Shown here piece after piece: positions 1-12,909 of a stretch of 64,000 nt of DNA (the first letter of the stretch is position 1; the number at the start of each line of letters is the position of its first letter). Below the pieces are notes generated by a model. It was given only the letters and a program-made list of their open reading frames with translations. It was not told the origin of the DNA and did no database searches. Source of the stretch: Macrostomum lignano. Lineage: Eukaryota. The stretch is taken from contig NIVC01000004.1 of the NCBI GenBank assembly GCA_002269645.1, positions 434,001 to 498,000 of the forward strand, written 5' to 3'. The position numbers and the translations under genes were made by a program.

Positions 1-30
1 CCCAATCAAAATTCCTGGCTACGCCCCTGC

Positions 31-148
31 CTAGGAGAGAGATAGTTGTGGCGCCATAGCGCTTAGGAGAGAGGCATTTGTGGCGCCATGGCGCCTAGAA
101 GACAGATAGTTGTGGCGCCATCCTAGGAGAGAGATAGTTGTGGCGCCA
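31..148. repeat. Degenerate ~30-bp tandem repeat (TAGGAGAGAGATAGTTGTGGCGCCA), ~4 copies
   Basis: Repeated motif read directly; intronic in the GABA-B-like gene. Confidence 0.7.
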
Positions 149-238
149 CGTCGCCCAGGTGACAGACAGTAGTGGGGCTGGCCTGATAGGTGTTGAGGAT
201 GACATTAGAATTTTCAACAAGAAGGCGCAGCAACTCAC

Positions 239-3200
239 TGTAACGCCACTAACGTTGGTCTTCTCCAGAGCGTATTTAAAATTGAGATTTCTAAGAAACG
301 GTCCCGGCGCCGCAGACGGAGCGGCGGCCAGGAGATTCGACGCGGCCTTCGCCACTGCAAGAACGCTGTCGAATGCGTAGGCGCTGAAAGGGTTCTGATC
401 AGCCGCTGCCGCGGTCAGCTGGGGCAGCTGCAGCGGGGGGTTTGCAGTTATGGGTTCGGGAATTGGGACTCGCATCCGCTTTCGCCTCTCGGGAGGCTTT
501 GCAGTTCATGCCATTCAACCTTATCACACTTTTCTCCGCCACTTCTCTCCCCCACTTCTCTCCCTACCCACTTCTCTCCTCACCCCACTTCTCTCCCCAC
601 CCCACTTCTCTCCCCATCCCACTTCTCTCCCCACCCCACTACTCTCCCCACCCCACTTCTCTCCCCCACTTCTCTCCCCACCCCACTACTCTCCCCACCC
701 CACTTCTCTCCCCCACTTCTCTCCCCACCCCACTACTCTCCCCACCCCACTTCTCTCCCCCACTTCTCTCCCCACCCCACTTCTCTCCCCACCCTACTTC
801 TCTCCCTACCCCACTTCTCTCCCCACCCTACTTCTCTCCCCACCCTACTTCTCTCCCCACCCTACTTCTCTCCCTACCCCACTTCTCTCCCCACCCCACT
901 TCTCTCCCCACCCCTCTCTCACCAGCCGGCTGTGCTCGGAGAGGCGCACAAAGTCAATGTAGAGGCTGGAGTTGGCGGCGGTCAGCAGCTCCCGTCTGCT
1001 GCAGTTGCAGCGGCCGTCGGTGCAGCTGAAGTTGCCGCCGTTGCTACCGTCGAACCACAGGCCGGCGGAGACCCGGAAACCGGAAACGATCCAAACATGT
1101 CGGGAGCCGAACATGCCGGTGTTGAACGCCTGTGGGGGGATTGGGTGCGGCTAGAAGAAGAATCTGGGACAGGAAAGCCTGGAAGCCGCAGAACGGGAAG
1201 GGGCCAAAACTCACGGCGCAGAACAGCGGAGCCAGCAGCCGGCCGCCAGTCATGGCCGACAGAACTCGAAAGTCGCTGGCCTGAAAGGTGAGTTTAAAAT
1301 CGATTTGTGAATGCTCGTCTGAAATGAATGTCGCTTTAAGCCAAGGCAGGAAACCACTCGAAACCTTGAGCTCGGCGAGCTGGGCCAGTGCCGAGTCGAA
1401 GGAGTTGAAGCTCCTGGAGCTGACGTCGGTCATGTCGGCCCCCGCCGCCTCCAGCTGGTCGTCCATGTGGGCGCTGGCCTGCGGACAGATGACGCGTTGG
1501 CTATGGCTGGAGTGCAAATGCAACCCATTTCATCTATAACTAGAATGGATTGCTAGTCTAGCCAACTTGGGTAGTTGATACACTCGAATTTCGAATTTTT
1601 TTATCTCCCGAGGGAAGAATGCGCGACCTTAAAAAAGTTCGAGTACTTCGAACAGCTTATCGTGTTCAGCAGACTGGCTGAGCCGGGTCGCCAGCTTAGC
1701 GACCCCATAAGCCTAATCCTGTTCGAGCAAGCCGGCTCACCGCAGTCAGTCCGTCCCCTCTGCCCCGGCCCGGCTGAAGGGCCAATTCAAACACACCGGC
1801 CCGAGAGAGGCAGGTGAGTGGAATTAGGTTGTAAAGCACTTTTGCCCCAGCCGAGTCCTCACGCTAAAGACCGCCCGGCCTCGCTACAAAACTGAAGGAA
1901 AAAAGTTTGCATTTTAAAAGACGGAGCTTGAATCGGGCGGCTCATTTGACAGCGGGCTGGCGGCGAGGCTGGGTGGATGATGAAGCTGGCGGACAGCCGG
2001 ACATTAATGAGCTCATAATGCGGGACTGCGAGTCAGCGGCCCCGGCTCTAATAAATGAGCGTCTTCTGCTTCTGTTTGTTGCAGAAGTGGATACCGGCCG
2101 GCACACACAGCGGCGCGGAACCGTGATTGATGCAGTTCCCCCTGCGCAGCCTCCCAGATGCGGCTGCCCTCACGTCTCGCCCCTGCTTGCGGCTGCTCAT
2201 CCCCATTTCTGAGCTTTGCCGAATTCTGCCAGGCTCATCATATTCATTAATTACTGCTCTTTCCTCCGAGTCACGCCTTATTGAGTTAATTAAATTCTGG
2301 CCTCTCGCTTCCACCTGATGTGGGAGGGTCTGTTCACCTGTGTCAGCCCGAATGCACCTGACTGCTGGATCGGCACCGGCCCGGGACCTTGGGAATTCGC
2401 TTTTTGTTGCAAATCTGCTGCTGCAATTTGGGAGAAAGATAATGAAATTTTGGCCCAGTCTAACCAGTCCACCCTGTCTACCCATCTACTCAGTCTACCC
2501 TGTCTACCCTGCCTACCTATCTACTCAGTCTACCCTGTCTACCCTGCCTACCTATCTACTCAGTCTACCCTGTCTACCCTGCCTACCTATCTACTCAGTC
2601 TACCCTGTCTACCCTGCCTTCCTATCTACTCAGTCTACCCTGTCTACCCTGCCTACCTATCTACTCAGTCTACCCTTTCTACCCTGCCTTCCTATCTACT
2701 CAGTCTACCCTGTCTACCCTGTCTACCCATCTACTCAGTCTACCTAGTCTACCCAGTTTACTCAGTCTATCCGGTCTACCCAGTCTACCCAGTCTACCCA
2801 GTCTACCCAGACTACCCAGACATTCTAGCACTAGGCACTAAATGGCTCAATCTTTAGTGCTAAGAATCGGGAAACCTGCCATCTCGCAAATGCAATTCCC
2901 TAATTTGGGTTCTCAAATAAATTTTCACAATTGCAAAGTGCTTCGCCCTTATACTATCACTCGGGATAAGTCTCTCCATCTTTAATTTTCTCCCAATCAC
3001 TCCAATTAGACAGAGCGGCGGACCTGACGGAGCCTCCGAGGCACCGTGGCCGCGAGCTGCTCGACCTTCAGACTGCTGAGTGGGGGAGAAAGAGACGAGA
3101 CAGCCGAGAGACGGGCAAGTGGGAGGCCTGATTGATGAGGCGATGGCCATTAAGGCTGGCCAATCTCGCCTCCCAAAGCCGACTGGCTGCGAGTTTTCTT

Positions 3201-6200
3201 GTCGCGGCTTTGCCAACAGACGGAGCTGGGCTGGGCGGAATTCGCTTCTCCTCTCTGCCCAGCTTGGCGACCCGCTCTCCGGGGGACGGGGTAAAACCGG
3301 CATCGCGCGTGCGTCACGGGCGGGCGGGCGGAGTTGTTTGTTTGCGGAGTAGAATCAGAAATTCTATGGGGCGATTGGGAACCTGCTGGTTGCACCTGCC
3401 TTCATGCTGCACCTGCTGCACCTATCTATCTGTCTGCTGCATCTGCTGCTGCACCTGCTGTCTGTCTGCTGCACCTGCCTGTCTGTCTGCTGCACCTGCC
3501 TGTCTGTCTGCTGCACCTGCCTGTCTGTCTGCTGCACCTGCCTGTCTGTCTGCTGCACCTGCCTGTCTGTCTGCTGCACCTGCCTGTCTGTCTGCTGCAC
3601 CTGCCTGTCTGTCTGCTGCACCTGCCTGTCTGTCTGCTGCACCTGCTGCATCTGCTTGTCTGTCTGCTGCACCTGCTGCATCGGCCTGCCTGCTAAACCT
3701 GCTGCACCTGCCTGTCTGTTTGCTGCACCTGCTGCACCTGCTGCACCTGCTTGTCTGTTTGCTGCACCTGCTGCACCTGCTGCACCTGCTGCACCTGCTG
3801 CACCTGTCTGTCTGTTTGCTGCACCTGCTGCACCTGCTGCACCTGCCTGTCTGTTTGCTGCACCTGCTGCACCTGCTGCACCTGCTGCACCTGCCTGTCT
3901 GTTTGCTGCACCTGCTTGTCTGTTTGCTGCACCTGCTGCACCTGCTGCACCTGCTGCACCTGCCTGTCTGTTTGCTGCACCTGCTGCACCTGCTGCACCT
4001 GCCTGTCTGTTTGCTGCACCTTGTCTACCATATCTACCTTGTCTACCATATCTACCTTGTCTACCATATCTACCTTGTCTACCATATCTACCTTGTCTAC
4101 CATATCTACCTTGTCTACCATATCTACCTTGTCTACCATATCTACCTTGTCTACCATATCTACCTTGTCTACCATATCTACCTTGTCTACCATATCTACC
4201 TTGTCTACCATATCTACCTTGTCTACCATATCTACCTTGTCTACCATATCTACCTTGTCTACCATATCTACCTTGTCTACCATATCTACCTTGTCTACCA
4301 TATCTACCTTGTCTACCATATCTACCTTGTCTACCATATCTACCTTGTCTACCATATCTACCTTGTCTACCATATCTACCTTGTCTACCATATCTACCTT
4401 GTCTACCATATCTACCTTGTCTACCATATCTACCTTGTCTACCATATCTACCTTGTCTACCATATCTACCTTGTCTACCATATCTACCTTGTCTACCATA
4501 TCTACCTTGTCTACCATATCTACCTTGTCTACCATATCTACCTTGTCTACCATATCTACTCTATCAGACAGAGCAAACTAAGTTGTTTAAATTCCTATTT
4601 GATCTTCCTAGCAGAATATAAAACTTCTGCCTACCAACATTTTTACGCTCAGTTGTGTTGAAACAAATCGTAATTTATTTTACTCATAAAATTTCCATTC
4701 TGAAAACAAGTAGGTCTTGGGGAGGAGTTGCCGCTCCGTACTGTGGCTCAAGGCCTCCCTGCCGGTGCAGGGCAGCTCGACCTTCAATTGTTTGCCGGGC
4801 GGGCGCCAATTTCCGACCGCGCAGCTGAAGAGCCGAAGGTGACTCGGGGCGGCCGGGCCGGGGTCAGCAGGGAACAATGCGAGACCCGGGCTGCTCACTC
4901 CACCCCCCCTCCCGGCCCCAGGCGGCTCCCCGACTTCCCCATCTCGTTTTCTGAGCCTCAGAAGCTCAGAAAAGCTTTTCAACTCGGCCAGTCCGACAGA
5001 TGGACAGATCAGGGGTCCAGCGTGTCCACCCTGCCCAAGCATCCCCATCTTTGCGTGCTCAGCTGGCTGATTTGCATAATCCATCGCGGCCCGTGAGATC
5101 CCCATGCTCAAGAGGAGGCGCCCCCCCCTCCAGCCGAGGTCACCGGTTCTTAATGGATTCCAATGGCTGGCAATGCCTTAATGAGTTTCAGATGCCAAAA
5201 AGGTCGCGGCAGGGTTCTATCAAGGCGTTCTCTTGTGACAGAGGTCCTGGGCTCGATTCCAGGTACTCGTACTTTAAGCTTGGGGCGGCCTCTGCATGGA
5301 GTCGCAGCTCGAAATCCAGAAAGTCAGGATGTGAACCCGCCCGTTTAAATGCCCTGGGGAGACGGTGGAATGAACGGAACCAGGTTGCCTACACTCAGTG
5401 TACATCAGGAGTAGATCAAGCATCCAGTGTACATGAGCGTATGACATACCGGTACATCAGGCACACATAAGGCAGTCAGAGCAGCAGCTCACCGCGGCCT
5501 GACTCGAGCTGGAATCGCCGCTGGCCGCTGACGCATCCTCGTACACAGAGCAGGTCTTGGTCCAGTTGAAGAGGCGCATCAGCCGCAGACGCGGCAGGTT
5601 GAAGTCCGCGTCGCTCGGAGCCACTCGCAGCAGGTTCCGGTAGCGGGTCTCGTCCGCCAGCTCTGGCGAGGTGTCCGAGTACGACACCTGCGGAGCGTCG
5701 GGGGGGGGGGCGTGACTTTATGCCCAGAAGAGCATCAGAAATCAATCAATGTCAAAACGAGACACAAATAACTCCCACATTACCATGTGAAATCCCCTTC
5801 ACCCCTGCCATTCCCAGCTGAACCGCTGATGCTCCACATCACCCACTGCTGCCATTGCATCTATGGATTGGGAAATTATTCCCGAATTTCGCCGCTTTTC
5901 GCCACTCATTTTTGCTTAAATTGAGGGCATTTCAATCACGCCGGTGAAATTCTGGCTCGGCATTTGCCCGGCAAGAATGCACTGCACCGGCGCTCCGGAA
6001 TGCTCGGCCTCCCCTTGGCTGACTGACAGCAGGGGGGGGGGCAAATTAAAAAACGTGCTCTCTCCGCGGAATCCCGCTGGATCATCTCGGGATTTGAATT
6101 CGCACTGGCGTCACCCCCCCCCTCCGCAGGGGCCGGTCAGTCAGTCACGAAACACCCTCGGCTGCGCTGCGATTGCAGAATCGGTGCCGGAGGACATTGT

Positions 6201-9200
6201 GAATGGAATTCTGGCCCCCTCATCCGCTGATTACGTGCCTGACAGGCTGACAAAACAATTGCTGACTGATAGATCGCAAACAATCAAGCGCTGAGTTGCC
6301 TGAACTGTCTTCTGTCTGCCTGTCCATCCGCAAGTGCGCACCAGCCACTCGCTCTTGCAATTGCTCTGCAGGCAATCAAGCAAATTCCACTGCAAATGCC
6401 ACCATGAGTGAATTTGCATTGTCTGAGCTCCCATCGATTGACTTGGGTTGCAGAGATAAAATGTGCAATGAATTTGAGCAATTTACAGCTGACTGATGGC
6501 GCTTAAGAGCCTGCATGTGTCAGCACCGCGTTAATTGAGTTTTCACCATTCTGAGTAGGGAAGTTGTTGGCTCACCAGGCTGATGTTCCAGAAGAAGGAC
6601 ATCTGCGAAACGGGTCCGGTGAGGCCGGGGCAGCCGGAGCCGAAAATTACGAATGCCGACGGCAGGTGGTGCAGCAGGTCGAACAAGTATTTGGTGGTGT
6701 TGGCGGCGTCGCACTGCGATCGGGTTCGGGGCGTGGAGGTTTGAATACAAAGCATTTATTGACCAAAGCACACCTGACCGAACACTCCGGATGTAATGAA
6801 ATGCCTGTCTTTTGTATTGATCTGTCATGACGCTTGTCTCAGTACAGTTAAGTCTTGAGTCTAAGTTGATTCTAGCCCTAGCTTTAGCATAAACCCTAAC
6901 TTATAGCCCTAACCTTAGCTCCAACCCTAGCCATAACCCCAGCTCCAACCCTAGCCATAACCCCAGCTCCAACCATAGCCATAACCCCAGCTCCAACCCT
7001 AGCCATAACCCCAGCTCCAACCATAGCCTTAACCTTAGCTCCACCTTAGCATTAACCTTAGCTCCACCCCTAGCTCTAACCTTAGCTCCACCCCTAGCTC
7101 TAACCTTAGCTCCAACCATAGCCTTAATCTTAGCTCCAACCATAGCCCTAACCTTAGCTCCAACCATAGCCTTAACCTTAGCTCCAACCCTAGCCTAACC
7201 TTAGCTCCAACCCTAGCCCTAACCTTAGCTCCAACCATAGCCTTAACCTTAGCTCCAACCCTAGCCCTAACCTTAGCTCCAACCCTAGCCCTAACCTTAG
7301 CTCCAACCATAGCCTTAACCTTAGCTCCAACCCTAGCCCTAACCTTAGCTCCAACCCTAGCCCTAACCTTAGCTCCAACCATAGCCTTAACCTTAGCTCC
7401 AACCCTAGCCCTAACCTTAGCTCCAGCCATAGCCTTAACCTTAGCTCCAACCCTAGCCCTAACCTTAGCTCCACCCCTAGCCTTAACCTTAGCTCCACCC
7501 ATAGCCTTAACCTTAGCTCCAACCCTAGCCTAACCTTAGCTCCAACCCTAGCCATAATCCATCTGCCCGAGTCCCCAAGTCCATCACTAATGCTGCCAAT
7601 CGATCAGTTGAAAAAGCAGCAGAATTAAGGCCGGCTCTGCTTCTCCCCTCCAGGTAAAACGTGCCAGCCGCAAGGCCCGGCCACTTGTCAATCTCGTTAG
7701 CTCAGCGGGGAAAAACTCCCCCACCGGGTGCCTTCATGAAATTCCATTACAGAGAGCTGACTGATGCTTGCCGTCATTTTTCACACACTTCTGAGTCCAA
7801 AAATGGAAGCCAAGGCTTTTTCTCCGGCGCGCTCGCTCCACGGCAGGCAGAAGCTGAGATTGCGAAGCGAATCTCTCTGACACGCGAGATCAGCATCTCT
7901 GATGCAGCATTTTTTGTCAGCTACCCTTCTCACTGTCTGCAGTCTCCCAACCGGTCTGCTCATATTCTATCAGCTCAGGAAGCTGGCAGCGCCCAGAGGA
8001 TTGGGCAAAACAATGCGAGCTGCACGTGGGTGGCAGCTCAGCCACTGCCTTGGGAGAAATCCATGCAGGCCAGCACAGCTTGAGAGCTGGGTGACACTTC
8101 CGGTTTCAAGCTGAGGCGAGTCATGGGGGGTTGCAGTGTCGGACCCCTCCGCCTGCCCTAACCCTCGGTGCCGGGAGGGCAGGGAGGTCAGCGGGCCACT
8201 GGAATCGAGGCGAGTGCAAATTTATGCGCCCAGGTTCAACCGCCCGGTGAGCCGGGATCTCCGGGATCTGGCCCGTGTTTGCTTGCCTCTGGCAGCTAGC
8301 GATGAAGTAAAAGGGTCGGAGAGGCGAGGGAGAGAGGGAGAGAAGGCGATGAGAAAAGCCAGCACTCGCAGGAGGCCGGAGGGCACCTTGGCGCAACGCC
8401 TTTGGCACTGCCTTCCCGCTGCCAGCGGTGAGGCAATTCAGCCCATTCAGCTGACCCCCGAGCACACAAGCGCGCTAATGCTGTACGCAGGCCCGCACTC
8501 ACACACGCTCACACAGGGTGTACATCGGGCCTGACTTTCTAATCACCAGGCATGTACACTCTCTGAGCCTTCTGGGCTGGCCCTCATGAGGGTCGGGCTG
8601 CTCTGTGAAGAAGTGAGGGGGAGAAGAGAGGGAGAGAGGAGAGAGGAAGATTTGTTTAAGTGATCCGAGACCAGGGATGGCTTGCTGCGCTCTCACTTTT
8701 CTTTCCAAACCCGCGAGCAGCAGACGGCACTGCAGCCAAGAAGCACGCATGCACGGCCGGCAGCTCTTAGTTCACCTGCACTCTGGAGCGGCGTCCAATT
8801 TGAATGGCATTGGCCGCAGTTGTTGAGCCGAGGCCCCTGGATAGCCACCCCCCCTCCCCAGCTCGGCACCGCTCAGCCTTCGATAATTCAAAATCAAAGA
8901 AAGGAATGAGAATGAGAGGAGAGCGGGGGCTGAGAAAGAGGCTGGAGCGGGCGCGGAGTGAAATTAATTACCAGCCATAATCTGATTAGGCCCTGATGAC
9001 TCACTTGGCGCTCTTTCTCCAGCGTCTGAAGAGACTCAAACTGAAGCTGCGGGGAGAGTCTGTTCCCTAATTCATCCCAGTTCTCTCTCGCCTATGCTTT
9101 ATCTGCGGAGTCTGCAACTGCGAGCATCTCTGCTCCAGCCCGCTGCCGCCCGTCCCTCTCTGCCGGATTCCTTCTCGGCGTCCGCAGGCGCTCATCGCAA

Positions 9201-10027
9201 AGAATATTTCTAGGCAATAAATTCTTTTTTCTTCTAGAAGAGGAGAGGCTTGGCGATGATTCAGATGGGATGCAGATAAGACGCAGACGGAGGGCCTGCA
9301 GACAGGCTGAGCTGCTAAGAAGCCTGGCGGGGGAGGTCACCAGAGCCCGTTGAGCATCTCAGAAGGCATGAAGTTCGCCGAGCGCGGAGGAGTCCCACAT
9401 TTAGGATAAATATATGGATGCATAAGTGACAAATTGCTGAGTTTGTTACGGAATCTAGTTCCAGAAGCATCTAAACTAGTGCAGCCTCACCTCGGTGACC
9501 AGGTGCGGGACACCATCAGCTCTAGTGCAGCCTCACCTCAGTGACCAGGTGCGGGACACCCTCAGCTCTAGTGCAGCCTCACCTCGGTGACCAGGTGCGG
9601 GACACCCTCAGCTCTAGTGCAGCCTCACCTCAGTGACCAGGTGCGGGACACCCTCAGCTCCAGTGCAGCCTCACCTCAGTGACCAGGTGCGGGACACCCT
9701 CAGCTCCAGTGCAGCCTCACCTCAGTGACCAGGTGCGGGACACCCTCAGCTCTAGTGCAGCCTCACCTCGGTAACCACGTAGGCCACTCTCAGCTGCAGT
9801 TTGGACGGAAGTCTCCGCTCGCTGTGCACCAGCTCCAGTGCGGATCGCAGCGCCTCCAGGGCTCCGTCCTCCGCGCTGGGCACCAGAGCCGCTATGAGGA
9901 TGTCGCTGCTGGTTCTGCCGCTGCCGCTGTCGCTGCCATCGAAGCGCTGAATGAGAGGCGGGGGATTTGCTGCGGCAGAGGCGGCCGTCAGGGTCAGCAG
10001 CAGCAGCAGCTGCAGCAGCGGCCGCAT
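239..10027 (-). CDS. GABBR2: GABA-B receptor subunit 2-like class C GPCR, N-terminal Venus flytrap domain (partial; continues off left edge)
   Basis: Exons with GT-AG ends: 9767-10027 (signal peptide MRPLLQLLLLLTLTAASAAA...AYVVTE), 6576-6713 (CDAANTTKYLFD..FGSGCPGLT..WNISL), 5493-5687 (VSYSDTSPELAD..RVAPSDADFNLPRLRLMRLFNW), 1365-1478, 1215-1280 (ASDFRVL..LFCA), 923-1129 (AFNTGMFGSRHVWIVSG..CSRRELLTAANSSLYIDF), 239-427 (SAYAFDSVLAVAKA..LEKTNVSGVT). Motifs are collinear with GABA-B R2 (YDTECD, SYADTHP, MYGSKYQW, YAYDGIW, TNFFGVTG). Confidence 0.85.
536..918. repeat. C/T-rich minisatellite (CCCCACTTCTCTCCCCA-type, ~17-21 bp units)
   Basis: Direct reading; starts a few nt inside the donor at 922. 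Confidence 0.95.
2468..2820. repeat. 35-bp minisatellite built from 9-bp CTAC-core submonomers
   Basis: CTACTCAGTCTACCCTGTCTACCCTGCCTACCTAT recurs at 2521, 2556 and so on. Confidence 0.95.
3385..4020. repeat. Compound minisatellite (CTGCACCTG / CCTGTCTGTTTG units)
   Basis: Direct reading. Confidence 0.95.
4021..4560. repeat. Near-perfect 18-bp array TTGTCTACCATATCTACC, ~30 copies
   Basis: 540 bp / 18 bp; copies identical by eye. Confidence 0.97.
6875..7556. repeat. Telomere-like 24-bp minisatellite (CCTTAG CTCCAA CCCTAG CCCTAA)
   Basis: Four degenerate CCCTAA-like hexamers per unit. Confidence 0.9.
9476..9770. repeat. 46-bp tandem repeat, ~6.4 copies, overlapping the exon-1 splice donor
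   Basis: CTAGTGCAGCCTCACCTC recurs at 9476, 9522 ... 9752; the last copy contains the real donor. Confidence 0.95.
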
Positions 10028-10527
10028 GCGGACCTGCACTCGGTGAGGCCTGTCCACAGCCAGAGCTGCCTGTGCGAATTTTGCCAGTCAAGCTAAGTCT
10101 CTGGCATGCTGGGTCAGCCACTCCGGCTTCTTGGCTTCGCTCTCCCGAGCATTCGGTAGCCGCAGTTGATGTCTCTCTCCGTGCTTGTCTCCTGGCGGCG
10201 TTCTCTGTTCTAGCGGTCTTCGGAGCAGCTGATTGGCTGACCGGCTGCTCTGTCCAATCAGGCGGCTGCAGGCCTGTCAAAGTGGAGCTTGACAGACAAG
10301 CATTTTGTCTCTTGTTGGCTGGGCCCTGGTTGAAGCAATCTGAATTCAGAAATTCATTTTTATTTTTATTACAGGGCGACTCCCCTGAGCAGGCCCAGGC
10401 ACACGTACGCTATCATACGGCCCTAACTTTATATATTGTTAGGAATGTACACTTCACTGTGCCTTGGGGGCCGGCCGAGATTCCAATTTAGCCTCAAATT
10501 AATGTCACTGCACTTGGTACCCGGACA

Positions 10528-10945
10528 GCTGCACCCTGCCTACATTACAGCAGTGGCACAGGTACCCTGCCTACATTACAGCAGTGGCACAGGTACCCTG
10601 CCTACATTACAGCAGTGGCACAGGTACCCTGCCTACATTACAGCAGTGGCACAGGTACCCTGCCTACATTACAGCAGTGGCACAGGTACCCAGACTATAC
10701 ATTACAGCACTGGCACAGGTACCCAGGACAACATTACAGCAGTGGCACAGGTACCCTGTTTACATTACAGCACTGGCACAGGTACCCAGGACAACATTAC
10801 AGCAGTGGCACAGGTACCCTGTCTACATTACAGCAGGGACACAGGTACCCTGCCTACATTACAGCAGGGACACAGGTACCCTGCCTACATTACAGCAGGG
10901 ACACAGGTACCCTGCCTACATTACAGCAGGGACACAGGTACCCGG
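10528..10945. repeat. 31-bp minisatellite CCTACATTACAGCAGTGGCACAGGTACCCTG
   Basis: Direct reading; ~13 copies. Confidence 0.95.
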
Positions 10946-11383
10946 ACAGCCGCTAAATCTGATCGCATCTCATGCAGACAGAGCCTTAAAAAGTCACGCA
11001 AGAGCAGCAAGCAGCAGATCAATGGAATCTGCAGCCAACATCAGCTCTGCTTGAGCCACACCCCCACAGCCAGATGCGAGTTTGGAGTTGGGCAAAGCGA
11101 ACTGAGCCAACCTGAGCGCTTGAAATCGGATATTCGCATCGAGACGACGACAGCCGATCGATGATGGCTTGAGAATGCGGCGGCAGCTGGGCGGACTGGG
11201 GCCACGCCAGCGGTACGCGAAAGCCGAGGACTGCCTGTTAATATTCATACCAGCCCACTGGCTCGGTGGCTCAGTGCACACGAGTCCAGCATTACTGCAA
11301 GTTAAGCAAAGACGGCCGCTGTTAGTAAGTGCTCTACTGAATTGGCTGCCAACGTAAGCGAGTGACCCATTAAGTTGAGCTCC

Positions 11384-12067
11384 CCGGGCCACGCTGGTTT
11401 CCTCGGCAACGAGCGCGCTGACTTGCTGGCTAAGGCTGGCCCAGCCGGCGCGCTGCTGGGGCCGGGCCCGGGGGTCCCCATCCCCGCCTCGATGATCAAC
11501 TCCCGTGTTAAGCGCTGGGCTGATTCCGAGCATCTCCGCAGGTGGCGCGACACCCGGAATTGCAGGCAATCCCGTGATGCCGTCCCCTGGCCCTCTCCTC
11601 TCCTGCGTAGAGCCCTCCTCAGGCTCAACCGCAGAGACCTCAGAGCAGTCAGCATGGCCCTCTCCGGGCATGGCTGCTTCTCTCGCCACCGCTTCCTTCA
11701 GGGCCAAGTACCCGAGGAGCGGTGCCCCTTCTGCCGCTCAGACAGTGAAAACGCCGAGCACTTTATCTGCCACTGCCCGGTTTTCACCAGGGCCAGACTC
11801 ACTCACCTCGGGCCAAACCCGGTTCTCTCCGACGTTTGCAGGCCCGAGAGCATCCCGCTGCTCGCCCGGTACCTCAGGGACACGGGACGTGCTTACTTCT
11901 TACCCACCGCCGGTGAGGAGGACCGCGCTGCAGGCGAGACCGACGGGTCCCCCTGAGCGACATCGCTTCAACGGAAGTCATTGGTCGCCAGGGGCTAGCG
12001 GAATGGGCGGTCTCCTCGGCCTCCTCGCTGCATCCGCCGGACGATGCCCCCTGCAGCTAATTCAAGC
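11384..12067 (+). mobile_element. 5'-truncated non-LTR retrotransposon 3' end (RNase H C-terminus + zinc knuckle; I/R1/Loa-type)
   Basis: ORF 11375-11956: PGHAGFLGNERADLLAKAG (RNase H end), LSGHG, CPFC..ENAEHFICHC. Flanked by TGAGCTCC at 11376-11383 and 12068-12075 (candidate TSD). Confidence 0.85.
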
Positions 12068-12909
12068 TGAGCTCCAGTTCACCCTGCTGTGGTTGAGCAG
12101 CTCTGAGCTACAGATGAGAATGCAGGTCGAGAGCTGCGACTCCCACAGTTCAAATGCAAAGAAATTCTCCGAGTTTTTGAAAAGTAAAAGTTTGAAATTT
12201 TAATGAAAAATTTTATTTTTTGTAACAAATTTCAACACGTATATTCTGAGTTTGCTACTCATTTCAGTAGTTCAAGAGAGTTACTTAGAGCTTCATATTT
12301 GTAATCCGAGAGTATTCTGCCAGAGAAACTCGATGGCAGTGATTTTTTGCACAGCCTTTCCCATTTGAGCTGCAGGGCAGGCAGACTCTCCGCAGTACAG
12401 GCTGCTCACTCGCTCAGCAACAAGAAGGTCGCTCAGCCCAGAGCTGCCGCTCCTCCAGCTCAGCCCCAGCAGAAAGTTGCTGGGTCGGCGGTCTGCTGGC
12501 CAGCTGTCGCCACTCACCCGGCCAGAATAGAGCTAAAAACTGTCTGAACTGCGGTGGCGGGCAGCTCAGGGCGCAGCAGCGAAAGCACGGAATTGACACG
12601 AAAATTTCTTTCTGAGTTCTCTTTGAGTTCAGTCTGCGGTAAGTGTTTGGAATTGTATAATAACTTTATTATGTATAGTAAGTAGCTTAGTAACTTCGTA
12701 ACCTAATTGTATAATAATTGTATACTATTTGTAAAACAAATTTATAACAGTTGCATGATAATTTTGTAATAATACTTTGCTGCCCGGCACTAAAGGCTGC
12801 AGTTTCTGCTGATGGACTCAGTCAAAAAAGACAAAGACAAGTACATGAAAAAGACAAAAAAATACATTAATCAGAAGGAAACATTTTTGCTGATGATCAG
12901 ACGAAACCA

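Noticed and set aside
3132-4661. Long ORFs over 3.1-4.7 kb (LLHL, CLPYLP, MVDKVD, STISTL repeats)
   Set aside because: All frames are repeat translations inside an intron of the GABA-B-like gene.
5202-5266. tRNA-like segment (B-box-like GGCTCGATTCC); a similar one at 35864-35925
   Set aside because: No cloverleaf, TSD or tail seen; at most decayed SINE heads.
12890-12907. Hammerhead-like CTGATGA...CGAAAC
   Set aside because: Only 5 nt between the core motifs, too short for stem II, and no stems I/III found.
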